A DNA stretch of 64,000 bases. It comes from Octopus vulgaris. Taxonomy: Eukaryota. This document shows, one piece after another, positions 1 through 13,076 of the stretch. Numbering within the stretch: the stretch's first letter is position 1; every line of letters starts with the position of its first letter. The notes under the pieces are model-generated. The model saw only the letters and a program-made list of their open reading frames with translations. It was not told where the DNA came from and did not search any database. The DNA is taken from positions 165,974,001 through 166,038,000 of the forward strand of contig OX597814.1 of assembly GCA_951406725.2 (NCBI GenBank), written 5' to 3'. The position numbers were made by a program, and so were the translations under genes.

Positions 1-3000
1 TATTGACAGACACTACTGCATATGCAGAAAAACTTTGTATAACATGCAAATATGTTTCAGAATATAAAGTAAAAATAGACTGGTAAAGAAAAAGAGCTAG
101 CTCTGTGTAAGCTCAACACATTCAATGTTTGATATGGAAGTATATTTCAACCCCATCTCAAATCCAACAATAAAGGTTTTAGATATCTAAGATGAACTAT
201 CTTAGCTTCCTGTCCAGTGGGGTGATGATCCCTCAATAATTTAATGTTGAAATAAGTCTCATCACCATGAACCTGCTCAAATAAGAAACCCATAGACACA
301 AAATGTAGCCTTTTGGATAATTTTTACATTAATTTTTCTCTATAATTTTGGCACAAGGCCAGCAAATTTTGAGGGAAGGAGAGTAGTTGGTTATATTGAT
401 CCCATGGTACTTGACTGGTATGTTAACTGTATCAACCATGAAAAGATGAAAGGCAAGGTTGACCTCAGCAGCATATTAACTCAGAACATAAAACTAGAGG
501 AAATGCTGCCAAATATTTTGTCCAACACAGTAATGATTCTGCCAGCTTGCTGCCTTAATTCTGTATATTAATAAAATGGGAAAATTATCATTAGATTCAA
601 ATATACCACTGTTGTGTTATATATCTATACTATGTATTTTAGTAATTTCAATATATCACGGTCTTCAGAATTCAACCTAGTATTTGACAACTTATGACGA
701 TTTGATAGTTAAAGAGACAGAAAAAAAATGTTTGACAGAAAGAAAGCAGGAAGAAGAAAAACAAAGTGAAAATGTTAGTCTCAATAAAGGTTGATGAGCT
801 CTTAAAGATTAACTGTTGCTGCAAACAAACAACAAATGTTCCCTTTTATTTATCAACAATAATCAGTATAGCATTAAAAGAAAAAGAAAAGAATGGAAAG
901 ATAATCAACCTGTTAAGATTTTCATTTTGTTTAAATACATGGAAGCATGTTTACCATATTTCAGCATTGGATGTTTTCATAAAATTTGTCTCTGCTTTAA
1001 GTGTCTGTTAATATTATACAGATTGCTAAATTGATGGAGTGCCAGACAACTAAAGAGTCAGCAGTTTCAACCACTTGTACAACATCAATGACAGAGTATT
1101 TCCCAACAGCACATTCTACCTTACTCTAAGAAAGTACCACAGAGTGGTACAGTTTAATATTATAAGTGGAAAAAATTATAGGAAATTAATTTCATTGACT
1201 TACAATATTAAGTTCAATTTCTCCTGTTTGTATTTTTCCTTTTGACTGAGGCAAGTTATGTTCAAACATTTATGATGAAAGTATCGTTGAAACTTGTTAC
1301 TATTCTTTCCTTTCTTTTTCAGGATTCACTCAATGAGCAATATTCTCTTCAATTTTTAGTAGACAGTGTGAAACTTATCACCTTGACAAAAGTTTATGTA
1401 CACTGAATGTAAACTAAGTATAATTAACTACATTTAGGCAACAAACCCTTTAAGTGCACATTAGTTTCTCTGACACTGCTTGTAAAACAAAGGTCAAGGA
1501 ACACTGTTGGCGAATATTGCCAGATGCAAGATTTCAATGGTCTCATCTATATGACCAAATATAACGTAACTACTGTCTTGGTCTTCAGACACAGATATAA
1601 AGTCACAAACTGCATTTTGTCCATAACTAGTATACTTGTGCAGTCAAAAACTAAGGTATTTTAAAAAGAAGCCAAAACTGGTATTTAATAAATACATAAG
1701 TTTATATTTTGCAACGGTGGTGCCCCAGCATGACTGCAGCTTTAAAACTGAAACAAGTTAATGAGTGGACTAATACTATTTTCATTCTGAATATTGTTTC
1801 TTAATTTTACTTCATACATTACCTAGCATCAAAATTAAATTACAACTGTGATATACCATTAAAAAAAACATGATTAACAGACAAACAAAATAATATTGTT
1901 TCTTTTGTCTGTTAATGCCGGCAACTCTTTCTCTTCATTTGCTGTAGTAACTCCGAGAAGCTTTTACTGAATAAATTTTAAAGCATGTATGCAGTCAGTC
2001 AGACTTGTGATGCACAGATGCAGTACACTATGTTTGTACTCAGTTGAATATCATGTCCTGCACACATACAGTTTAATGAATGAAGGGCAACGTGGAAATC
2101 TGTGCATGTTTTCTTCACAGCCCATTTTGTTCGTATCTACATGTAGGTCTGATAGTGGACACAACAAAGGCAAGGGCATGCCAGCTGCTATGCTTCACTT
2201 ATCCACTTCCCTCTTTGTCACATGATACAATATGTCTTCTGCTTAGTGTAACTAACTTTTGTTCTTCTCTCTCTTTCTAAAAGAAATGACATCTCTTACT
2301 CTCTCACCTACTCCAAAGAAGTCTATTCTCCAAATATGCTGCTTTGAAGAATCGCCACTCTTCTTCCAGCTGTTCTCCACACACTCTTTTTCTCGTCCTA
2401 CAACAATTATATTCTGAACACACTTATCCAATTTATATACTATAGTGATGATATATATATATCATACATACACAAACTAGAATCCATACCTCAATATTTT
2501 CTTTCTCTTTCTATATTTTATTTCACACAAACACACACACACAGATGTTGCATACCAATACATATGCATATTTTGCAGTAAATTTGTCATTCAGAATAGT
2601 GAATGTGTTATGTGCTGCAGTCAGAGTTATTAGGAACAGTGTAAAGCAAACAAGTGGAGAACTATTAGGTTAGATCAGATAATGTTAGTCCTCACTGCCA
2701 AGACAGCATAAAACTGAGGTGCATGGAGCACTGCTGCATTACAGATCCATTTGACTCCTATCAACAGAAACTAAAGAAGTGTTCCTAAATAACTTGTAAC
2801 AGTCTATATATAATAAGATGCTCTATATGCAATATATATAATATCTATATATAATAAGATGCTCTAAAAAGAAGACTATGTAAGACTAGGTTTCATTTCC
2901 AAAACTCTGAACAGCTACTTAACTGTTAGAGGGGTCAGATAACTCTTTCTAATATCTGATTTCCATGAGACCCAAGGCAAAAGCCTCAATTTATTAAACC

Positions 3001-3506
3001 TTAAACTGTTTACATTTTGAAATGTGTCTTCCTTCTAGTTCTATCTTCTGAATATGTTAGCAGTTTCGTACATCAATCCCACTGTATCTTGCTTACATTC
3101 GCATAGAACACATGAAGCCAACAGGAGGGCTTCTAAATAATTACCCAAGTGGCACAATGTAGGGGGCTAACACTTTAAAAATTTGTTTTACAAAAGAAAT
3201 CATGTCAGAAATAAAAGCAAAATAGCAACTATAATAATTTCATCATCATAAACTTTTTGATGGTCATCAGTAGTTAAGGCAGTATATTACAAAGTCAAAG
3301 AGGTAGCACTAAGTGAGTGCAGAGAAGCTTAGACATGACCAGCACAAGGCAGAGATATGTTGGTGTTCAATAATGTATCGATGTCTAGTTTTGTTAAAAG
3401 TAAAAGAATGCAGCATACAAGAACAAATACAAATTATATCATTTGTTGTTTATTCATGTTTGTCTTATGCCTATTTTCCATGCTAGTATGAGTTAGATGA
3501 ATATAT

Positions 3507-3675
3507 ATTACCAACACAATTATTTACATTACCGCATATTATCTACAGAATTATTCACTTTATGTTTATTATAATATAATTATTTACATTAATTACCAAC
3601 ACAATTATTTACATTACTGCATATTATCTACAGAATTATTTACTTTACTATTTATTATAATATAATTATTTATAT
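3507..3675. repeat. Two-copy tandem duplication of about 85 bp
   Basis: ATTACCAACACAATTATTT...GCATATTATCTACAGAATTATT...TATAATATAATTATTTA occurs twice in tandem. Confidence 0.85.
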
Positions 3676-6600
3676 AAATATTTATTGTAAGTAATGTAAG
3701 TTAATTACTTCAATTATATTTAATTATATTTTTATCTTACTGATTATTTACACAACTGGGGACTTCCACTCATTCAAATTTCAATAAATTTTCAGCTAAG
3801 TGTGAAACTGGAATTTCAAATTTTAAAAACACTACTGGCCAAAAATTATATGTACTAGTTAGTCACTGATCACATATACATCTATTTACCATTACACTGC
3901 TATACAAACAAGTTATATGAACATAACAACCATGAAGTTTGAGAAGATATATCAATATCCACTTGCTTATATTTATAAACCATGGGCATTAGACATCATC
4001 CTCTTCCTATTTGTATGGTAACAAAACTTTTTCCTGACTTCCAACTCAACTCTGAATGACCACTTTTACACTGGGTATGATGATTACAAGCTAACCAAAT
4101 TCTCCAGTCCAGTGGGACCAATCTAATGATGAAATAGTATGAAAAATTATAATCTTATTAACTCTATGAATTTTTGTCAATACAAAAATTAAACAATTAA
4201 TGTTGATAAATATAATAGCACAACTGTTTGAAAATATGCTGAATGGCTAATTAAAGCACTTTCTGCACCTCCAATTAAAGCACTAATTACATGGAGTTTA
4301 AGAGAAAATGAATACAGTGTGGTTTGGAATTGTTCAAGCTCTGTCACCTTCTGTTGTCTTTCATTGTAACACTTGCTCTCTAACCTTTTTATTTCTACCC
4401 TTCTACTATATATACCCCACCATCATCACTGACATTAACCACCACCACCACAAGCTGACAACCATTGCTGCTACCACCACCACTTTCACAGTGCCTGACA
4501 ATATCAGAAGTCCCAATAGCTCTGTGTCAGTGCCACTTTACGTAATGCACAATAAATAAACTTTAGAAATATGATCCTAAACTAGGCAGGTGGGTGTTGA
4601 CCAAATTTCATCCCTCCCTCAAACAGCTGTTTAAGGCAAAGAAGGGTGATTACAAGGAAGAATACAAATGAAAAGAGATGGTAGTAACATAATGACAATC
4701 CATTTGTTCATTTTTACATTCTATTTCTCCATACTAGCATGGGTTAGACAGATACATTACTGAGGAAAGTATTTAAAAAATGGAATAAACCCCCAAAAGC
4801 CTTATGTAAAATTGAACCCTACACCACATTTTCGTTTTTATCAAAAAAAAAAGCAAAAGCAATTCTATTGAGTCTAAACTATTTCATAGGTTTTATAAAA
4901 GTGCTCACCACAACAACAATAAAAACTACAAATTAATAAAAGAACCTCTACATGGTCACTCAACCTTTGAAAAGCTGCAGCCTCAAATCACAGCTATTGT
5001 CTTACATAAGTCAGGGACTAATTAGATAATGTAGTCCTATATGTTCCTAAAAAGATGAAGAGGTCATGGCTGAAATGCTTTTGCTTACAGGTCTGCTTGA
5101 TCAGGTTTGACTAGGGTTTAAATAATAAAATTTGTAATAAATTCTTACACATAATTTTGGGTTTAGAAGGGGAAAGAAAACAAAACTGTAACATCTATAT
5201 CTTGTCCCATTGGCAATAGCTGTTTAAGTGAATTTATATGAAACCAGGTTTCATACTCTGCATGTTTAATAAGAATAAATCTGTAGTAAAGTAAATAGTG
5301 TACAAGTCATGCCTTCACATGGATAGTATGACATCACATTTTTAATGAAATGTAATGCTTTCAATCAGAGACTGAAACCCTTTAGCAGCTTTGGCAAACC
5401 AAGAATTTATCTTTATTCTATAACATTCAGTAACAACAAAAATAATTTTGAAACATTAGCACAAGGCCATAAATTTATAGGAAATAAGTACAATTGATTG
5501 AATCAACTCTTACATTTTTGGTACTTATATTATCAATTCAGCTGCATACTAGGCAAAGTTAGTCCCAGTGCTGCTTGAACAGAAAATGTAAAATACATAA
5601 CTAAAACAATAAGTATAAATGGTCATACCTGTCTTAAAAAGCATTAGCAATGCAAGTAAATAATAATCAGGGATTTATTATTTTTTTTGAATGTCATGAA
5701 AGAGTGAGGAAATTTGAAATTGTAATCAAGAGCATTAGTGGTATAACTTAATTAGTATAGTTCTAGCTAGGAATTGTAATTAGATTGCAGCTTTGGTTCT
5801 CCTCACATTTTTGCAACCATAAAATCAAATAGACTTTCAATGCTGATGCAGGTCAAAGACTCTGCTTTATAATGTTAAGTGTTGCTAAACTGGGATAATC
5901 AAATGGCAACTGTTTTACTCTTATATGTTCAGTTATTTAACTCTTTTGTAACAAAATTTCAGTTGAAATACACAATCTTTGTTACAATTAATTTTGACAA
6001 TAATTTATTAAAATAATTTTCCAATGTTTGGAATATCATTGGAAAGTTTTTAAAAATCACTGTTAAAAATAGGGAGTTTGTACCACAGAACAAGGGAAGA
6101 TTTCAGGTGTTTTGGCATCAAAAGGGTTGGATATAGATATGGTAATATTATAAATTAATGCATGGTGTGTGCGTGGAGGGGGGATCAGTGCACACATTTG
6201 AAATGTAAACTCAGTTTTGTGGAAGAGAATGTTATATAAAAAGTTCTGCTGGTGATCTAAATCATAATAAAGATGTTTCACTTAACTACAGTGCCACAGA
6301 TTTATAGGAATGATGAGAAACGATGACTTCTGAGACATTCATACTTTTATCCAGCAAAAGGACAGTGAAAGTAAGTGAAGCAAATTACATTGTAACTAGA
6401 AATGAAAATCAGGATCACAGGATCAGTACACTAAAATCTCATTGACACATCACACCCCATCAAAACAATATCAAATAATTCCTTAGAAAAGTATGAAATC
6501 TCAAAGACTAGGGTCACTTGACAAACCAACAAGAGCCTTAATGGTAGCTACAAAATAGCAATTCAGTCTCCCTAAAATCACATCCAATCAACTTTGAAAA

Positions 6601-7879
6601 GAAGAGATACAACAGATGATATTATAAGTACCACATGTCTGAACAAAAATGGACTGCTCACAGTAGAAACATTTGAGCCAAGTCAGACAACAACAAAATA
6701 AATTAATCATTTAGTCCTTCAGCATTTAAATTGGCCGTCCTCATCATCATCATCATCATTGTTTAATGTCTGTTTTCCATGCTGGCATGGGTGGCCCAAA
6801 TATTCTACTTGGTTTATGTTCAAACCTGGCAGATCTGGCCTCTTACATCTACCCTACAATGTCATTCTAGAAATAATCACATTCACAAAATCTCAAAGCT
6901 ATGAGTTAATGCATGATTAATTGAAAACAATGTGAATAAATAAGCATTACTTTTAACAGAGTAATCTGAATGCTAAAGAGTTAAACTTCCTAAACTAAAT
7001 ACATGTTAATTAGTAAAAGTGTTTCGTTTTCTCCACAGTCATGAAGTGAGTATGTTTAGATAGAATGGTCAGTATATACAACATGAGTCACCAAACTCCT
7101 ATGGTTTTCAAGCCATGTGCAGTTCAGTTCATTTCATGTGTGGCTCATAGAAATATGTTGGATAAACACCTTTTTTTTTTTTATCAGAAACCAAAAATTT
7201 GCAGGATACATAGTTATTTACTGGCTATAAACTGAAATACCTGCAGTAAAATGAAAATCTGATGTTTATGGTGAGTAAAAATACTGAAGATTTTAAATGT
7301 GCGTAAAGTTTCTTCCTTTTTGCAGGACTCAAAACAATGTATAATTAATATGTGGCTTAGAAACTTATTAATTCTGTACTGTGAACATAGCTCACACATT
7401 TCATCCTATTTATAAACATTATCTTAAAGTTATAAAGAACATGCAAGATTTTTTGACTGCAGAGATCTATGATCAAAGACATTCCGGTCATGACCATCCT
7501 GAATTTTTTTTAATGAATATGTTATATATAGAAAGAGAGAAAGTGAAAGGAAGGACAACTACCTTGTCTAACATGTACTTCATCTAAAAAACAAAACAAA
7601 ATGACAATAGAAAGTGTTCTGTGGGAGATCTGAATGCTGTTTCTAGAATGGTACTGAATTATAATGTAACGCTTACTCTGTAGACAATTACATTCTTAAC
7701 AAAAACTTCAATCAGAATCAGCATGACTACCAGTCATAGGATTATAATCCATTAGACAGATTTCAACAATTTCCATCTACCCAAAACTCACCTGAAAAGA
7801 TTAGGTCTACCCAAAGTAATTGTAGAAAATAGAAGTGCAGTAATCACAGGGTCATATATATATATATATATACACACAC

Positions 7880-8100
7880 ACAAGGGAGTGCTGAAAAGTT
7901 CCTGGCTTTAAAGGTATCACATGAAAGACCTGGTGGAAGCCCAACCTTCTGAGTTCAGGGCTTAGAAGCTTAGAAAAACTGAGGGACTACTGCAATAAAT
8001 GTGTAAATCTGAGAGGGGATATGTTACATAAAATCATAATTAATGGATCTGCTTTATTTTCTTTCACCCAAAGCCAGGAACATTTCAGCACCTCCTTGTA
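7880..8100 (+). mobile_element. Mariner-derived MITE
   Basis: About 30-bp TIRs (ACAAGGGAGTGCTGAAAAGTTCCTGGCTTT / AAAGCCAGGAACATTTCAGCACCTCCTTGT). The interior retains a mariner C-terminus remnant (LEKLRDYCNKCVNLRGD). Confidence 0.8.
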
Positions 8101-9601
8101 TGTATATACATATAATAAAGTGATGTATAAAATATCAACTATATATATATGGTAATTAAGAGCTCAATTGATAATAGGTCATTAAACTCTAACACGTTAT
8201 AACATGGCAGTCAATTCAAGCGGAAAAAACTTGCTTGTATATACATTAATTAGCTAAAAATGATCCTTAAGAGCAATGTATATTTAGAATTAAAAGAAGA
8301 AAAGCAGGTAGTTAGTAATTATATCATCATCATCATCATCATCGTTTAACGTCCGCTTTCCATGCTAGCATGGGTTGGATATATATATATTTAAACAATA
8401 ATATGTTACATTACTCGATAGTCAAGATGAAACTCAGAGTTTTATCTTGACTATCGAGTAATGTAACATATTGTATAGATAAATTTCCTCTATTTACATA
8501 ATATTGAGGTCTCTTTCTTTCTTTTGTTATCTTGCCGTTTTACCAATGTATATATATATGTATATATATAAAGTAATCTAAATGATCAGGTACGCAAGGT
8601 AAGTGCTGTAATGAATTACTAGGGCTCCAAGGCTACAGCTGAGATGGTAGCTATGGAACCATTGCAGATTTCTGATGCAACGGATATATAGTTGTGAAAG
8701 AGGACAGCAAACATTAAGGCAAGGCAAACATCTCAAGTCATATACAATATTATTACTGGAAAAAAATTTTTCCAATAATAAAATTGTATATGACTTGAGA
8801 TGTTTACTTTACCTTAATATTTATTTCCTCTTTCACAATTAATATAATTATATATATATATATATGAGAGAGAGAAAGCGAAATATATTATATGCAGAGT
8901 ATAATGTCAACAGATCATTCAATATCTGTACTATATGTCCAGATACCATTTCAGTGATTTTCAGTATATATATGCAATATATATACTAAGGAGTTTGAAA
9001 GACATAGATACCCAAAATAACCCTTACAAAATATGAGTTTATTCTACTGAGACCACTCCATCAAAAATATTCTGACTCTTTCAAATGAACACTACATCAA
9101 GAACCAATGTGCATAAGTGCTGGAAAGTGATCTATTTCTACTTTGACTCAAGTTGTGCATTTTCATCATACAACGAAGATGTTAAAACACAAAACTGCCC
9201 CCAAGAATTAAGGCTTCAGAACCCTTTGAAACTAACCTCCTACATTTATAGATGTAATTTAAATTCTATACAAACATTAATGCCTTCTAAAGTAGGTTTA
9301 AATACAAATTAGAGCAAATTAAAAAACTATTATGAAATAGAAAAGACAATACTCAAATGGCTATTCAAAAATAACATTAAAGAAAATTATATAAAATTAA
9401 GTGCCAACACATAACAAACAATGAAGTGAAATGCATAGCAAAACCCTCAGACAAGAGACTAAAGATATTAGCTAATTGCTCAGAAGTTATAACAATTTAC
9501 ATAAACGCTAAATGCAGGCTAATCAACCAAGCGAAATTGAGCTACAATTACTTAGAAAGAAGATTTTGAACATTTGCATTAACATCAGGAAGGCCACTGA
9601 C

Positions 9602-9658
9602 CTATGTCAGTGAAATAACTAGCAATGTCATTATCTATTTCAACAGTATCAGCAATAA
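9602..9658 (-). CDS. 57-nt internal exon of the minus-strand gene (OGT-like N-terminus, tentative)
   Basis: CCTTATTACAG acceptor and AG|GTCAGT donor, phase 1->1, xIADTVEIDNDIASYFTDI(G). IADT echoes OGT VADS, and the split Gly would lead into GLAELAHREYQ; that exon was not found in the window. Confidence 0.55.
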
Positions 9659-9983
9659 CTGTAATAAGGTTTACTTAATTCAACTTTTATCTCTCTTTTC
9701 TAAAATCCTACAATACAGTGCCCTAGATTTTGCTAAGAACCATATTACAATAGATAGCAGTAATATAGATGTAATAGTACATACTAGGCAAATCCTACTC
9801 AAAGATCTAACTCAGTAGGTTCCTTTATGCTTATATGGAAGAAGCTTACTAGGTAAGCTTTTTTGACCCTAGGGAGAGTTCTTATAAAAAAAACAGGGTT
9901 TATCTAGCATGCATTATTATGATATTGATATTGCTACTATCATATTGTATATTCTAATCTAGATTATAGTCTGATATGGTAAT

Positions 9984-10793
9984 TACTGGGTTGAGGAATA
10001 ATTCATGAGCATTTTTTTTCAAGTGTAAAAATGCAGGCAGAAATAAAGCACATTGTTATTTGAAAGGGAATTTTTTGCTCAACAAGTTAGTGTGTTTTGA
10101 TTTTTCAATTTTATTTATTTTTGCGTATTTTCAGATCATTAAAATGGAATGTCAAGTGGACAGAAATGAGCATTTTCAACACCATTTGCTTATTGTATTT
10201 AATCAAGGTGTTAAGCCCGCCAAAGCTGCTCATGAGATTTGTGCTGTGTACCACCCACCATAGGTTTCGCACTTCAAAAATGGGAATTTTGACCTCAAGG
10301 ACAGATCACACACCAGTCAACCAATTGAGTTCAATGAACCTTGCCCATTGAATGAAGGTGGTTCACCATAGTTTTTTTATCACAGTCCATCTGCCCTGCC
10401 AATTCTCTGATCATCTGGTCATCGAATTTAATTGGTCGAGCAGTATGTGATCCATCCTTGAGGTCAAAACTCCCATTTTTGAAGCACAAAAACCAATGGT
10501 GGGTGATACTTTGAGGCATTGCAACTTCTCCATAAACAGCACAAAGCTCATGAGCAGCTTCGGTGGGCTTAACACTTCCATTAAATGCAAAAAGCAAATA
10601 GTGTCGAAAATGCTCAGTTTTGTCCACTTGATATTCCATTTTAATGATCTGAAAATACACAAAAATCAAAACACGCTCTCTTGTAGAGCAAAACATCATC
10701 TTTCAAATAACAAAACATTTGGCTAATGCATTTTATTTCTGCATGTACTTTTGAATTTGAAAAAACGTACATGAATTATTCCTCAACTTAATA
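9984..10793. mobile_element. Foldback mariner element made of two inverted 5' halves
   Basis: TA-flanked TIRs (TACTGGGTTGAGGAATAATTCATG / CATGAATTATTCCTCAACTTAATA). Mariner HTH N-terminus on + (MECQVDRNEHFQHHLL...ICAVY) and on - (MEYQVDKTEHFRHYLL...WF..FKNGSFDLKD...RP); no DDD domain. Confidence 0.88.
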
Positions 10794-11080
10794 TTTTTCC
10801 TTTCCCTATAATTCTCATTGATTTTTTTAAAAAATATTTTATTGAAAATTTTTAAATTCTTTAACTTTCTATATTGTTCATCCATTTAAACCATTTATAT
10901 AATTATTTGAATAATTTTTCTTCATATAATTTTTTGCTAACATTCTTCTAAATTGTAAAATTTTGCTTGTTCTGACATTTGTGCCTCACACTGTTTTATT
11001 TTTCACAAACATCCCATTCTTCACTTTGGTTCTCTGTTTTTGGCATGGTAACTGAAAGGCATAACATATATATATATAAA

Positions 11081-11688
11081 CAGTAATCCCTTGCCATATC
11101 ATGGTTCACTAATCGCAGTTTATCATTTAAGCTTATGTCAATTCTTCTGATGTTGTTTTGCATTTATTATAATATAAATATATACAAATTATAAAAATAA
11201 TTTTAAAATATATATATATGTAGAAGTGGCTGTGTGGTAAGTAGCTTGCTTACAAACCACATGGTTCCGGGTTCAGTCCCACTGTGTGGCACCTTGGGCA
11301 AGTGTCTTCTACTATAGCCTCGGCCCGACCAAAGCCTTGTGAGTGGATTTAGTAGACGGAAACTGAAAGAAGCCCATCGTATATATGTATATATGTGTGT
11401 GTGTTTGTGTTTGTTCCCCCCCCCTCCCCTGCAACAACCGATGGTGTGTTTATGTCCCCGTAACTTAGCGGTTCAGCAAAAGAGACTAATAGAATAAGTA
11501 CTAGGCTTACAAAGAATAAGTCCTGGGGTCGATTTGCTCGACAAAAGGCGGTGCTCCAGCATGGCCATAGTCAAATGACTGAAACAAGTAAAAGAGTAAT
11601 ACAGTACAGTACTATTTCTATTTCATGGAGTTTAATCTATTAGAGGGGGTTTTGGAATGTAACACCCGCAATAGTCGAAGAATAACTG
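11081..11688. mobile_element. Tigger/pogo-type MITE interrupted by a SINE
   Basis: CAGTAATCCCTTG...CGAAGAATAACTG|TA degenerate TIRs; a SINE is inserted at about 11222-11598. Confidence 0.55.
11222..11598 (+). mobile_element. tRNA-derived SINE family A (further copy 30611-31005; partial 12020-12170, 18933-19085, 35620-35765)
   Basis: A-box/B-box-like head (GTGGCTGTGTGG...GGTTCAGTCCC), core AAAGCCTTGTGAGTGGATTT.GTAGACGGAAACTGAAAGAAGCC and internal (GT)n; repeated in the window. Confidence 0.85.
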
Positions 11689-11828
11689 TATATTGAAATG
11701 GAGTAGTTTTAGTGAAGCATTTTGTGATATTACATTAAAGAGACTTGTTGAGTAAGGCCAGAACAATGTGAGAAGATTTAAAATAAATTACAAAAAGAAA
11801 ACAAAACAAAACAAGGCTGTGGTTTTAC

Positions 11829-11837
11829 CTTTAATTC
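11829..11837 (-). CDS. Candidate 9-nt microexon (GAATTAAAG)
   Basis: Strong pyrimidine tract CTTTTACTGTCCCTCACTTTTCTACACGTCTAG and AAG|GTAAAA donor; frame-preserving. Confidence 0.4.
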
Positions 11838-12475
11838 CTAGACGTGTAGAAAAGTGAGGGACAGTAAAAGATCATTGCTCTGATGTATGTGGGGGGAGGG
11901 GACATGAGGAGACAGCTTACTATAGCAACACCAGTAAACAGCATCCTTGCTAGACATGGTTGCCCACCCTTGTTTGTGCACATAGGGAACCAATTTCATA
12001 GAAGCCTGCTGGAAAGTGTTAGGAGTATTTGTAAGAAGTTTGCCTCCCAACCATATGGTCCCAGGTTCAAGGCCAATTGCACTTTGGGCAAGTGTCTTCT
12101 ACTATAGCTTTGGGCTGAACAAAGCCTTGTGAGTGGATCTGATGGACAGAAACTGAAAGAAGCCCATCATGTGTGTGTGTGTGTGAATGTGTGTGTGTGT
12201 GTGTGAGTGTGCGTGTCTGTGATTGTGTGTGTAAGTGTGTGTGCATGTGTGTGACAAGGTAAGTCCATACAGTTCTATATTTAAGAGATGAGGAATTATG
12301 TACATTATTTACATTTGATGGATATTTGTCCTCATCTCGTTTGTTGTTAATATTTCAGTGATATACCCTCCAGCCTTCATCAGGTGTCTTGGGGGAAATT
12401 TTGAACCTGGGTTCTCATTCCTAAGGTATTTTTCAATGTTATTATTATTATTATTTTTATTATTATTATTCAGGT

Positions 12476-12804
12476 CACACATGGCTCAGTGGTTAGAGTG
12501 TCGAGCTTATGATCATGAGGTTGTGAGTTCGAATCCCAGACCGGGCTACATGTTGTGTTCTTGAGCAAGACACTTTATTTCACGTTGCTCCAGTTCACTC
12601 AGCTGTAGAAATGAGTTGCAACATCACAGGTGCCAAGCTGTGTCGGCCCTTGCCTTTCTCTTGGATAACATCAGTGGCGTGGAGAGGGGAGGCCGGTATG
12701 CATGGACGACTGCTGGTCTTCGATAAACAACCTTGTCTGGACTTGTGCCTGGGAGGGTAACTTTCTAGGTGCAATCCCATGGTCAGTCATGACCAAAGGG
12801 GGTC
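12476..12804 (+). mobile_element. tRNA-derived SINE family C, inserted in a Penelope palindrome
   Basis: Head TGGCTCAGTGG...GAGTTCGAATCCC followed by TTGTGTTCTTGAGCAAGACACTTTATTTCAC core. Confidence 0.75.
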
Positions 12805-12885
12805 TCAGCCTGGAATCAAACTCAGAATCTTGGGGTTAGTAGCCTGTGCACCTAACAAGATTCCGAGTTCGATTCCAGGCAGTGA

Positions 12886-12951
<66 letters not shown>

Positions 12952-13030
12952 TAATAATGACGACAACGACAACAACAAGAACATCAAAAAATACCTTAGG
13001 AATGAGAACCCAGGTTCGAAATTTCCCCAA

Positions 13031-13076
13031 GACACCTGATGAAGGCTGGAGGGTATATCAGCCGAAACATTGTGTT
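13031..13076 (+). ncRNA. Minimal type I hammerhead ribozyme motif (probably decayed)
   Basis: GACAC-CTGATGA-A-GGCTGG...TCAGCC-GAAAC-ATT-GTGTT: stem I GACAC/GTGTT, stem II GGCTGG/TCAGCC. The cleavage triplet is ATT rather than GTH. Confidence 0.65.

Noticed and set aside
2617-2698. C/D box snoRNA candidate (GUGAGGA...CUGA...CUGA) on the - strand
   Set aside because: Non-canonical C box, wrong terminal-stem register for a K-turn and no recognisable rRNA guide. Kept only as one of the CUGACUG sites.
9548-9601. Terminal exon VSGLPDVNANVQNLLSK* on the - strand
   Set aside because: Its supposed acceptor (ATAG|GTCAGT) lacks a pyrimidine tract and is better read as the donor of the 57-nt exon 9602-9658.
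12476-12550. tRNA gene
   Set aside because: A and B boxes continue into a SINE body with no intact acceptor stem or terminator; same for 43037-43095.
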